This document shows, piece after piece, positions 42,689-51,844 of a stretch of DNA of 52,200 nucleotides (position 1 is its first letter; every line of letters begins with the position of its first letter). Source of the DNA: a virus (Duplodnaviria; Caudoviricetes); the IMG/VR virus record IMGVR_UViG_3300024261_000044, positions 1 to 52,200 of that record; one strand, written 5' to 3'. Made by a program: the position numbers and the translations under genes. A model generated the notes under the pieces. It was not told where the DNA came from. It made no database searches and worked only from the letters and a program-made list of their open reading frames with translations.

Positions 42689-43282
42689 ATGAGACATGTA
42701 CTAATAGTAGGAGCAGGAGGAATAGGAAGTTGGTTAGCAGAGCACCTCTTTAATCTAGAATTGCACGGCCAATTTCCAGATGATATGGTATTTACTTTTG
42801 CAGATGATGACACGGTAGAAAATAAAAACTTATCATACCAAAATTTTTCATTAGAAGACATAATGGATGAAAAATCTGAATCACTGTCAGCAAGGTACGG
42901 ATTTAACTCAATTACCAATCGTATAGAGAAGGAAGAACAGTTAATGAATTATGATGGAATTGTATGCTGTGTCGACAACTCTAAGTTTAGGAAGCTACTA
43001 TTTAAGTATGTGGATAAATACGACAATATTTTTTGGATGGATATGAGAAGCGAGGGACGAGATATAGCTATTTTTACTAAGAGTAAGAAAAATACTCTTG
43101 ACGTAATGATGAAAACATTGCCTAAAGAAGACGTAGAAAATGGCAGTTGCCAGAGACAGTGGGAGTTTGAAAATAATATAATACAACTTGGGAACAGAAT
43201 AGTGAGCAGTATCGGAGCACAGTTTATTTTAAACTGGGTTAGGGGAGATAAAAACACTCATAATTATATTGCCCACTTCTAA
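42689..43282 (+). CDS. ThiF/MoeB/E1-like adenylyltransferase
   Basis: VLIVGAGGIGS, DDDTVENKNLSYQ, CCVDN..R; candidate catalytic Cys in NGSCQ. Confidence 0.9.
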   Translation: MRHVLIVGAGGIGSWLAEHLFNLELHGQFPDDMVFTFADDDTVENKNLSYQNFSLEDIMDEKSESLSARYGFNSITNRIEKEEQLMNYDGIVCCVDNSKFRKLLFKYVDKYDNIFWMDMRSEGRDIAIFTKSKKNTLDVMMKTLPKEDVENGSCQRQWEFENNIIQLGNRIVSSIGAQFILNWVRGDKNTHNYIAHF

Positions 43283-43302
43283 ATTATTAGTTATATTAAA
43301 GT

Positions 43303-43563
43303 ATGAACATAAATTCAATCAAACAAGATGACGGTAGGCAAAAAAGAGCACAGAGCATAGACTTTGGTGAAATTAGGAATACTCAAAGTCCGGTAGGACC
43401 AGATTATGGAGATAAGTTTGATCAAATATTTCATAACTGGGATAACCCTGATAAATGCAGGGGGTACATTAACTGCTCTATTTGCCAAAAGTTACAGGAC
43501 GATGGAAAAGCCGTTAGACAAGATGATGATAAAATTTATCATTTAAATAAACAAACCAAATAA
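43303..43563 (+). CDS. Hypothetical protein (H..C....CxxC)
   Basis: ORF directly after E1, with a possible Zn-binding cluster. Confidence 0.55.
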   Translation: MNINSIKQDDGRQKRAQSIDFGEIRNTQSPVGPDYGDKFDQIFHNWDNPDKCRGYINCSICQKLQDDGKAVRQDDDKIYHLNKQTK

Positions 43564-43568
43564 AACAA

Positions 43569-43772
43569 ATGAATTGGAAAGAAAAACTAGTAAGTAGGAA
43601 ATTATGGGTTGCATTAGGTGGAGTTTTCTCTGTACTTATTGTAGACTGGGCAGGGTTAGACCCTGCAATGGCTCAAAACTTAGTTGGAGCTATCACTACA
43701 ATTGTACCTTCGTATATCGCGGGACAAGGAGTGGTCGATGCTATGGGAGCATACTTTCAAGCAAAAAACTAG
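43569..43772 (+). CDS. Putative holin/small membrane protein
   Basis: KLVSRKLWVAL start and two hydrophobic helices ending YIAGQGVVDA, typical of SRK(F/L)W-type holin-like proteins. Confidence 0.6.
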   Translation: MNWKEKLVSRKLWVALGGVFSVLIVDWAGLDPAMAQNLVGAITTIVPSYIAGQGVVDAMGAYFQAKN

Positions 43773-43791
43773 TTCAAACATTTAAAACAAT

Positions 43792-43823
43792 AAAGGGCGC
43801 GTCATTGATGTGCCCTTTTTTTT
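43792..43823 (+). terminator. Rho-independent terminator
   Basis: aaagggcgcgtca-t-tgatgtgcccttt hairpin plus T8. Confidence 0.8.
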
Positions 43824-43837
43824 AATCAAAAATAAAT

Positions 43838-44656
43838 ATGGATGCATTCAGTTATTATTTAAAATCTATTATACCTAGTACACCTTTAAGTAAAAAGGCA
43901 GAGAGGGTATTAATAAAGAAAGGAAAACTCGGTGACATGGCTGCTAGGGAAAAAGTAATAACATCTAATTTAAAATTTGTTATTAGCGTGGCTAAGAAGT
44001 ACCAAAATCAAGGACTTACAATAGACGAGTTAGTATCAGAAGGTAACTTAGGCCTAGTAAAAGCATTTGAGAAGTTCGATATTAGTAAAGATGTAAAGTT
44101 TATTACTTACGCTGTGTGGTGGATTCGTCAAGCTATATTTAATTCACTGCATGAAAATGCGAAAATTATTAGATTGCCCTTGAATAAAATTTCTAACATA
44201 ACGAAAGCTACTAAAGCTTCCGAAAGGCTAGAAAATAAATTAGGAAGATATCCTTCGATAAATGAATTAGAAGAATACTTAGATGGAGATACGACAGCCA
44301 TAAGAGACATGAAGTTTAATTACACAGTTATTGGTCTTGATACTCCACATACTGAAAATAATGAAACTTTAAATGAGATTATACCTGCTGACTTGTCTTA
44401 TGGTGTTTTAAAAACAGACGGAGAGTTTAAGAAAGAACTCACTCATATCCTAAAAACATTTCCTGAGAGGGAGAAGAGCATATTAAAAATGTATTATGGT
44501 ATTGAACAAGTTAGGCCATATACGTTAAAAGAGATTGGTGTAGATATGGGGTTAACTAGAGAAAGAATAAGGCAAATTAAAGAGAAAATATTAAAAAAGT
44601 TGCGGAGTAAGAAGTATTCTAAAACTTTGGAGGATTTTTTGAGATGGGATACGTAA
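43838..44656 (+). CDS. RpoD/SigA-like sigma-70 factor (no region 1.1)
   Basis: NLKFVISVAKKYQNQGL, EGNLGLVKAFEKFD, FITYAVWWIRQAI, IRLPLN, LTRERIRQIKEK. Confidence 0.92.
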   Translation: MDAFSYYLKSIIPSTPLSKKAERVLIKKGKLGDMAAREKVITSNLKFVISVAKKYQNQGLTIDELVSEGNLGLVKAFEKFDISKDVKFITYAVWWIRQAIFNSLHENAKIIRLPLNKISNITKATKASERLENKLGRYPSINELEEYLDGDTTAIRDMKFNYTVIGLDTPHTENNETLNEIIPADLSYGVLKTDGEFKKELTHILKTFPEREKSILKMYYGIEQVRPYTLKEIGVDMGLTRERIRQIKEKILKKLRSKKYSKTLEDFLRWDT

Positions 44657-46401
44657 CAACGGAGTCGGAATTGGTAGAAGCTATGTCTTACTTAAAGACT
44701 CAAAGCATTGTAGCGGTTGACACAGAAACAAATGGACTGGACCCGGTACTAAATAAAGTACTATTATTGCAAGTGGGTACAGAACATAAACAATTTGTGT
44801 TTGATGTTTTCAAACTAAATACTAAAATTTTTACAGTGTTACATTGGTTAACAGAAAAAGATTTAGTTAAGGTTTTACACAACGCAAAGTTTGATTATAA
44901 AATGATAAAAGGAAATTTTGAAATAGAGCTTACAAATATGAGATGTACTATGCTTGCAAACCAACTTTTAACGACCGGGAAAAAATTAAGTAGCGGATTG
45001 GATTCTGTTCTGTATAAATACTTAGGGGTTGAAGTTAGTAAAGCCGAACAAAAATCTTTTATTGATATGAGATTAGGATCAACTTTCACAGAAAGCCAAA
45101 TAAAGTATGCTGGCGATGATACTAAACACCTAATTCCTCTATATAAAAACATGCAAAGACTTTTAGAAAGTAGAAACATGGACGAACTGTCAAGATTGGA
45201 GTATAGGACAGTTGCTCCTACAGGGGATATGGAGCTAAATGGGCTTTTTTTAGATAGGAAGAAGTGGACAGCTTTGAAAGTAGAAGCTGAGGCTGATGCA
45301 GATATTGCTAAAAAAGGTTTAGATAAATACTTCGAACCTTACTGTGGTCAGTTAACTTTGTTTGAGGATGTTGATATAAACTATAGGTCACCAAAACAAT
45401 TATTACCGATTCTAAGTAAAATTACTGGTATGAATATAACTTCAACAGGTGAGCAAGAGTTAAAAAAAGTAAATCACGAAGTTGTGGACTTTTTACTAGA
45501 CTATAGAGAAAAGCAGAAGCGTATTAGTACGTATGGAGAAGAGTTTTTTAGAAAATTTGTAAGTTCATACGACGGTAGAATCCACTCTAACTTTAAACAG
45601 CTCGGTGCTGACTCTGGTAGGTACTCAAGTACTCAACCTAACTTACAAAATATTCCAAGTGACGAGAGATACAGGTCAGCTTTTACGGCACAAGACTCTG
45701 AGTATAGAATTATTGCTGCTGATTATGCTAGCCAAGAAATTCGGGTACTGGCATATATAAGCAAAGAGCCTGGACTAATAAATGCTATAAATAATAAAGT
45801 TGATCTACACACAAATTCAGCAAGCCTAATATATGGAATTCCATATAAGGACATTACTAAGAAACAACGTAACGCTGCTAAAGCGCTTACATTTGGTTTA
45901 ATATACGGTATTGGTCCTGGAAGACTTGCAGAGAATTTAGGTATTAGCTTTATGGAAGCTAAAACTTTAATGAATAAATATTTCTCAACATTCCCAAATA
46001 TTAAAAAGGTACTAGATCAGGCAGTGTCTGCGGCAAAGAAACTAAAGTACGCTCTTTCGCCTTTAGATAAAAGACGAAGAGACTTGTCATCTTTTGATTG
46101 GGATGATAAGAGGCAGGTTTCTCATGCATTAAATATTTCTAAAAATATTATATGCCAAGGAGCATCTGCATCAATAACTAAGTTAGCGTTATGTCTGGTA
46201 AAAGAAGCTATAGATAGTGGTGAGTACGATGCTAAAATAGTTAATGTAGTTCATGATGAAATTCTAGTAGAGGCTCATGAAGACGATGCCGATGACGTAG
46301 GAAAGCTTTTAGAAGTCGGGATGATAGAAGCATTTGAGCACTACTGTCCTGGAATAGCTATGGAAGTAGAAGCTGTAATAGATAACCATTGGGTACACTA
46401 A
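44644..46401 (+). CDS. polA: Family A DNA polymerase (3'-5' exonuclease plus polymerase, no 5'-3' exonuclease)
   Basis: VDTET, HNAKFD, SGRYSSTQPNLQNIP, ADYASQEIR, RNAAKALTFGLIYG, VHDEI. Confidence 0.95.
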   Translation: MGYVTTESELVEAMSYLKTQSIVAVDTETNGLDPVLNKVLLLQVGTEHKQFVFDVFKLNTKIFTVLHWLTEKDLVKVLHNAKFDYKMIKGNFEIELTNMRCTMLANQLLTTGKKLSSGLDSVLYKYLGVEVSKAEQKSFIDMRLGSTFTESQIKYAGDDTKHLIPLYKNMQRLLESRNMDELSRLEYRTVAPTGDMELNGLFLDRKKWTALKVEAEADADIAKKGLDKYFEPYCGQLTLFEDVDINYRSPKQLLPILSKITGMNITSTGEQELKKVNHEVVDFLLDYREKQKRISTYGEEFFRKFVSSYDGRIHSNFKQLGADSGRYSSTQPNLQNIPSDERYRSAFTAQDSEYRIIAADYASQEIRVLAYISKEPGLINAINNKVDLHTNSASLIYGIPYKDITKKQRNAAKALTFGLIYGIGPGRLAENLGISFMEAKTLMNKYFSTFPNIKKVLDQAVSAAKKLKYALSPLDKRRRDLSSFDWDDKRQVSHALNISKNIICQGASASITKLALCLVKEAIDSGEYDAKIVNVVHDEILVEAHEDDADDVGKLLEVGMIEAFEHYCPGIAMEVEAVIDNHWVH

Positions 46402-46766
46402 TGAAAAATAATAAAAGAAAAGAAAAGAAAGAGAGCGCAATAGATTACTGTGAACGATTTTATCCGAGCATGATGGAGCGCTTTAAGGAAATACAGCAAG
46501 AAGACTACAAAGTTTTTTGTGAGAAGCAAATGGACTACGGCCCTGGAAATATAAGTTTAGGGACAGGCCTTGTAGACGAAAGTGAAGTAAGAATGAGTTT
46601 AACAGGGCTTATAATTAGAATGAATGATAAAGTTCAAAGATTACTAAACTTGGTTGTGAAAACAATGCGGGAGCCGCAGAATGAGTCTGTTGTTGATGCT
46701 TTTGGTGACTTATCTGTTTATGGAGTTATATCAAGGATTGTTTCTGAAGGAAAATGGGCTAGATAA
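46401..46766 (+). CDS. DUF1599/nucleotide-modification-associated domain protein
   Basis: KQMDYG, IRMNDKVQRL, NESVVDAFGDLSVYGVI; TAATG overlap with the polymerase gene. Confidence 0.7.
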   Translation: MKNNKRKEKKESAIDYCERFYPSMMERFKEIQQEDYKVFCEKQMDYGPGNISLGTGLVDESEVRMSLTGLIIRMNDKVQRLLNLVVKTMREPQNESVVDAFGDLSVYGVISRIVSEGKWAR

Positions 46767-46775
46767 AAAATAAAG

Positions 46776-46808
46776 AAATAGGGAGGATAAATTCCTCCCT
46801 ATTTTTTT
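46776..46808. terminator. Bidirectional terminator between convergent blocks
   Basis: aaatagggagga-taaat-tcctccctattt, with A-rich and T-rich flanks. Confidence 0.85.
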
Positions 46809-46829
46809 AACTTAAAAACCTAACGTCTT

Positions 46830-47507
46830 CTAAACAGGTGAGTCAGGTGCTACTGTATTAGATGATACTTGATCACTAACTTGTATGGGAATTAACTTAG
46901 AAGTTCTAAGCCCAATATTCTCTAACAAAATAGTTTGTTGACTAGCAACAGAAAATTGATGTGATTGAATTCTACAATTTTCTAAGTAAAATCCACCATA
47001 TCGTGATGTTCCTGCCCCATCATTATCCATATCTTCAAGAATAAAAGCTAACCCCATCGGTCTATTAAAGAATTCTGCTGCCAAGTTTATAAAAAACTTG
47101 CTAGACTTTTCAGAAGTCGTATAGGGTAATCCGGGTGCTCTATCGTCATCCTCCCCTTTAAACACTGAAGAAGCGAAATCTGTGTTAGCATTAGAATACA
47201 ATGCACGCATTAATGATTCTCCATCAAACAAAATTCTCGACACAGCAACCTGTACTACTGTTCTACCTGGAATAAACACTGGTTCCCTAGAACCAATTTC
47301 AAACAATTGTTGAATTTGTTTATTCTGCGAAACCGTAGCATTCTGAATTAATCCCACAGGGATAAGCTCAGCTTCTGGGTTTGTCATGTCATCGTACCTT
47401 GGAGTACCTGCGCACAGAATAACTGACTCAGACGAGAGAAAATCTGTAGAATTCGTAACTGATTGTACATTACCGGATCTAAAATCCCAATTTTGTAAAT
47501 TTTTCAT
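46830..47507 (-). CDS. Tail tube protein
   Basis: Follows sheath; AGGAGG ribosome-binding site; PVGLIQNATVSQNKQIQQLFEIGS, YLENCRIQSHQFSV. Confidence 0.8.
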   Translation of the reverse strand: MKNLQNWDFRSGNVQSVTNSTDFLSSESVILCAGTPRYDDMTNPEAELIPVGLIQNATVSQNKQIQQLFEIGSREPVFIPGRTVVQVAVSRILFDGESLMRALYSNANTDFASSVFKGEDDDRAPGLPYTTSEKSSKFFINLAAEFFNRPMGLAFILEDMDNDGAGTSRYGGFYLENCRIQSHQFSVASQQTILLENIGLRTSKLIPIQVSDQVSSNTVAPDSPV

Positions 47508-47517
47508 TTTCTACCTC

Positions 47518-49140
47518 CTAAAATACCATTTTTATTTTAATGTAGTTAACAGGATACTTTACCAAGAGACTAAGTTCTACTTGAATAGTATCTGGATTAG
47601 CATCGTCCTGTTTTACGCTTGCAACCTGCAAGTCATTTAATACCCCAGCTCTTACTAAGAATAGGCCTTGACTGATAAGAACACTTTCTAACATCTTTAA
47701 AAATGCTGGTGTTACTACATGTCTACCAATATAAGGATTTAATCCTTTCCTTAAAAATTTAGCTGTGTAATCTAAAGCTTTAGTAACACTAAGCTCTCTT
47801 TTAGCAACACTCGTAACGTCCGTACTAGTTTGATGTCTAGAAACAATAGGAGCAGAGCTTGAAGATTGGGTCATAATATAAGTACCGCCTTCAGCCATGA
47901 TGTTCATCTGAGCCTCTGTAAAGTAATCTTGAGACCCGTAAGTTCTGGAAATTCCTGAAATAGGAACATTAGAAAGAGGTGCTTCTGGTGCTATCCCTAC
48001 ACATAACCCAGCACTTGCTGCATTAAAGTAAAAACCAGGAACAGGAGCAAAGACATCCAAACTATGGAATCCAGCCGAAATTAATTCTGCATGAACTGCG
48101 CTTGTAATCTTATCGCCTGCTTTATAATTTTTACTGCCTACGGATTTAGGGCCCGTAAATAGGGCATAAGCTCCGCGGTCGGACATATCGAATCCAGAGT
48201 GCTCTCTAAAACTTGCATCAACCCAATCAGGATGAATCGTAGATATATGTCGTGTTTCTCCTACGTATGCTACATCGGGATGTATCATAAACATTCTTTT
48301 AGACTGAAATGTTGCATTATTAGATCTTAAAGTTTCTGCTACAGTAGTTTTTTCACTAGTACTGTTACTTGCATAATTTCCATATGCTACTTCATCCGTT
48401 AAGAATACAATTCGTTCTTTTTTATTTATTGCATCAGAGTATGACTCTACGTGAGATTTCCATCCACTTGACCCCGCACTACTGTCTAAAACCCCAATAG
48501 CATATACCTCTTCTAACGCTAATGCTGATCGTGCACTAGACATTTCTGTGGAAATATTGGATACACCGCTAATACAAAAAGTATTAATAGATGCAGAGGC
48601 ATTATCTTGTGCTAAAAGCGCACCATATGCTAGCGGATTCCAACTTACAATTTCTCCACCAAACACGTCTTTTATATCGTCCGGACTTGCTAAGCTTTTC
48701 TTAAATCCCATTGCTTCGACATTATCAGCTCTAAAACCAATTTTTACCGAGGCAAGTTCATAGGCTTCACCAGAAGGTGTCACTATGCCAGATACAAGAG
48801 TAATATCTCCTGTAGCTGCATTATAACTCCAATCAGTTCCTTTTACAAGATGTTTTTTCTCCGTACCGTGGCCTACAATTGGAGACCCGTACATGTCTAC
48901 AATAATAAGATCCTCATCATTCACAGAAACTAAGGAATTAAAATCTGAGTTTATGCCGCTCAAATTTATGGTCATGCTAACTCCAGAATAACTAACAGAA
49001 TACTCAGATGAATCCAGAGTAGGGTCCTGCCAATAATATCCTTTACCAACAACAACTGCTTCTAAGTCAGGAGCAACTAAAACCGGTGTAGCCGTATTTT
49101 GTACTTGAGTTACTTCAACTCCAGGTTTGACATACGCCAT
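47518..49140 (-). CDS. Tail sheath protein (about 540 aa)
   Basis: MAYVKPGVEV start after GGAGG; RELSVTKALDY; C-terminal YPVNYIKIKMVF. Confidence 0.9.
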   Translation of the reverse strand: MAYVKPGVEVTQVQNTATPVLVAPDLEAVVVGKGYYWQDPTLDSSEYSVSYSGVSMTINLSGINSDFNSLVSVNDEDLIIVDMYGSPIVGHGTEKKHLVKGTDWSYNAATGDITLVSGIVTPSGEAYELASVKIGFRADNVEAMGFKKSLASPDDIKDVFGGEIVSWNPLAYGALLAQDNASASINTFCISGVSNISTEMSSARSALALEEVYAIGVLDSSAGSSGWKSHVESYSDAINKKERIVFLTDEVAYGNYASNSTSEKTTVAETLRSNNATFQSKRMFMIHPDVAYVGETRHISTIHPDWVDASFREHSGFDMSDRGAYALFTGPKSVGSKNYKAGDKITSAVHAELISAGFHSLDVFAPVPGFYFNAASAGLCVGIAPEAPLSNVPISGISRTYGSQDYFTEAQMNIMAEGGTYIMTQSSSSAPIVSRHQTSTDVTSVAKRELSVTKALDYTAKFLRKGLNPYIGRHVVTPAFLKMLESVLISQGLFLVRAGVLNDLQVASVKQDDANPDTIQVELSLLVKYPVNYIKIKMVF

Positions 49141-49258
49141 TATTTTTTCCTCCAATTATAATATTATAATATTGTTATTAAACTGAGCTCTAGCTAGATT
49201 TGCTCAGCTGTAAATTACAACGTCTTTTGTTGCAATTTGATACACTCTAGCACTGTAT

Positions 49259-50161
49259 TTATGATTCTCCTACGAGAACAAATCCTCCTCCTGATGTTAC
49301 AAGAACATCATTCTCATCTGGTATGTCAATAAGCATACCGTCTACAACCCTATAATACCCATATACGCTATTTATTGGTACAGAATAATGTGCTGAAGAC
49401 ACCCTTACAAAAGTTACGTTGTCATGCGAATCTCCTGATATAGCGTCTAAGTACGATCCTGTAATAACTGCGTCACTGCCAGGATCAACTTCGAAGATGA
49501 TATCCGTTGCATACGGCAACTCAACTCTGTAGTCTATACCCTCATACTGCTCCACGTCGTCTTTCCACACTCGCATGTTGTACTGTTTTTCTCCACTACG
49601 AATTTCCTTTTGAGTCAAATACTGCATTTGTACTGCGACTGCCGACAAGTCAATACCTGAACTTGATTTTAAAATTTGCTCTTCTCCAAAAGAGAGAGAC
49701 TGAATTTTATGAATTCCATTTGCTCTTAAGTCTGTTTTATGTGCAGTTAAAGCTGTAAATACTAAATTTGCTAGCTCTTCTGCCAATACACCATGTTTTG
49801 CCACACAAGTTATTGTGACGGATGCTCTTAATAAATCAGTAACTGAAGAATTCTTTATCGAGTCGGCAGACCCTAACGGGCCAGCTAACGTTTCCTTTCC
49901 ATCTTTATATAAAAATTCAGGATTTGCACCAGACCTAGAAAAATTCGTGAAAGTCCAAGCCATCGCCCCCCTAGAAATTATTAACGCAGGCTTTTTTTCT
50001 ACTACGCCTAAATCTATTGCATTTTTATCTGCTATTATTAACTTAGTGTCCCTCACGTTTGAATTCCAAGAAAACTTAGAGTCCTCTGAGAATAGCTCTT
50101 GTAAGAAAGTAATAAATAAATATTTTACATCTAAACTTAAATTACCTGTACTAACAGCCAT
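49259..50161 (-). CDS. Tail terminator/completion-like protein
   Basis: Upstream of sheath; KKPALIISRG, ASVTITCVAKHGVLAEELANLV. Confidence 0.55.
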   Translation of the reverse strand: MAVSTGNLSLDVKYLFITFLQELFSEDSKFSWNSNVRDTKLIIADKNAIDLGVVEKKPALIISRGAMAWTFTNFSRSGANPEFLYKDGKETLAGPLGSADSIKNSSVTDLLRASVTITCVAKHGVLAEELANLVFTALTAHKTDLRANGIHKIQSLSFGEEQILKSSSGIDLSAVAVQMQYLTQKEIRSGEKQYNMRVWKDDVEQYEGIDYRVELPYATDIIFEVDPGSDAVITGSYLDAISGDSHDNVTFVRVSSAHYSVPINSVYGYYRVVDGMLIDIPDENDVLVTSGGGFVLVGES

Positions 50162-50358
50162 TATAAACCTTCTATTTCCTTAAATAAATAACTTTTTAAA
50201 TCCTTTGGTATTTGATTATGTACCACCTGTACACTAGTAGTAGATTCTATGTTATCTTTCATGCCTCCTTCAACTTCAGATAATGCTTCCATTTCTACTT
50301 CTTTTAAAATAGTTTCCTCTTCGTTTTTCAGGCCTAAATCGTCTATAATAAACTTCAT
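50161..50358 (-). CDS. Small hypothetical protein (65 aa)
   Basis: TAATG-coupled to the next gene. Confidence 0.55.
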   Translation of the reverse strand: MKFIIDDLGLKNEEETILKEVEMEALSEVEGGMKDNIESTTSVQVVHNQIPKDLKSYLFKEIEGL

Positions 50359-50363
50359 AATTA

Positions 50364-50392
50364 AATGTACCTAAGAAGTTAAAAATTGTCAA
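50364..50392 (-). promoter_or_regulatory. Sigma70-like internal promoter
   Basis: TTGACA-17 nt-TACATT, with the -10 box ending 5 nt before ATG 50358 (near-leaderless). Confidence 0.55.
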
Positions 50393-50400
50393 GTTTTATT

Positions 50401-51186
50401 TTAAACAACTGCTATACTGTAAATAAGATCATCTTGGGAAATTAAGTTTAATTGGGCACTTTGTTCAATAATAAACCCTCCTTTCTCAATAGTTCTTATA
50501 TTTTTTACAATTCACCGTTTATTTACATCGTCCACAATTACATCCCTAGGCTTCAGTGGGGGAAAATTTAACATGGTAAGAAGAGTATCGCTTGGCATCC
50601 ATTCCCCAAACATAGTAATTTGGTTTACTTTTGGGGAGGGGCTTAGCATACCTTTTACATCTATTGGTGTAAAATATCCTTCTAGCCAGCCTGTACCATA
50701 ACATGTGCTGCAGTTGTCTGTAACTCTCATGAGGGTATCATCCCAACATTCCGTACATCTAGTTCCTCATGATCTCTTTTTTAATACTTTCAAAGGTCTG
50801 CCAGAATATTTTTTTAATGCTAAAGACTTCCTTCTTAAAGCATGTTTTATTACTTTATCAACACTTATATCTTTTACGTACGCAGGCATGAATGGCACAA
50901 CATTTGTTTCGGCCGTATCAGAGTCAGTAAGTTTTATTTTATAGTACCAATTCCGATGCGGATCGTAAAGACCAGATACTCCAGTATCTGTATATGAATA
51001 TGTGGTTGCAGAAAGTCCGGATGCTATGTGGTCATAGTCTGTTATTTCTCCTAAGTTTGGGGATTCTGACCTGTATACATCTATATTATAATCTGATATA
51101 AGTTCAAACGTAGGTTCAAATTCTCATGTCAGTGTAAAACTATTTATGTCGAAAGAGTTGACATCTAATGACTTTAATACTAGCAC
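50401..51186 (-). CDS. Neck/head-closure-like protein with FN3-like domain and Zn finger, about 261 aa (TGA at 51124, 50767, 50512)
   Basis: GTG start 1 nt after the upstream TAA; SFTLT*EF...VYRSESP (FN3-like); KKRS*GTRCTECWD...CSTCYGTGW; DVNKR*IVKNI. Confidence 0.75.
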
Positions 51187-51187
51187 T

Positions 51188-51682
51188 TTATTTTACAGTT
51201 TCCCAGTAGTCTGTCCCGTATTCTGACCCAACACCTCCGTAGGCCGCATCGATATTAGCACTACGTTTCATGTTTGATACTCCGCGAGAATACTTAGTTA
51301 TTAAGATATTGAAATAGTTAATATACCGCCCATATTTGTCCATATCCTGCACAGTCACGCCTCCTCCATCTCGGTAAGTAAGGGTGTTACGAGATGACAT
51401 TATACCTTTACTCGTCAGAACTTGTAAAGTAGCACCCATTTTTAAAAGGTTTCAGCTTGGAACTTGAGCAAATGATTTATAATTTGATGATGGGGAGAAT
51501 TCATAGTTTATCTCATCTAGAGTGTCTTGAAGAGCATGATGTAACTGTTCATCCGTAGACTCTTGAACTTCTTCTAGAACATTTAGCTCGGCTGTATCAT
51601 TTAACCACTTTCGTAGCCTATCTACAAATAGTTGGTCATCAAATGATATATAATTTGTAATTAAGTCTGATCGTGTTGGCAT
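51188..51682 (-). CDS. Head-tail adaptor/neck-like protein, about 164 aa (TGA at 51452)
   Basis: ORFs 51452.. and 51188..51439 are in frame, joined as QVPS*NLLKMG. Start MPTRSDL follows AGGGA. Confidence 0.65.
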
Positions 51683-51844
51683 ATTTTTGTCCCTACTGTT
51701 AATTATTATAATATTCCTTACTTTAAATTTACTGTCAATTGCTAATATAGTCAAGCTGTACTATTAAAGACATAATATCATTCACCTATACAAAATTATA
51801 CAAGTGTTTAATCCACTGTTAAACAGGTTAAACTTGTATAGTAT

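Noticed and set aside
3460-51454. Special readthrough context after TGA (+4 base: A 11, G 11, C 4, T 2)
   Set aside because: The skew is compatible with ordinary first-codon-position purine bias. No shared downstream motif was seen.
51797-51840. Long imperfect hairpin (tatacaagt...acttgtata) as an ncRNA
   Set aside because: It lies directly after a stop codon and is AT-rich; a terminator or processing stem is the simpler explanation.
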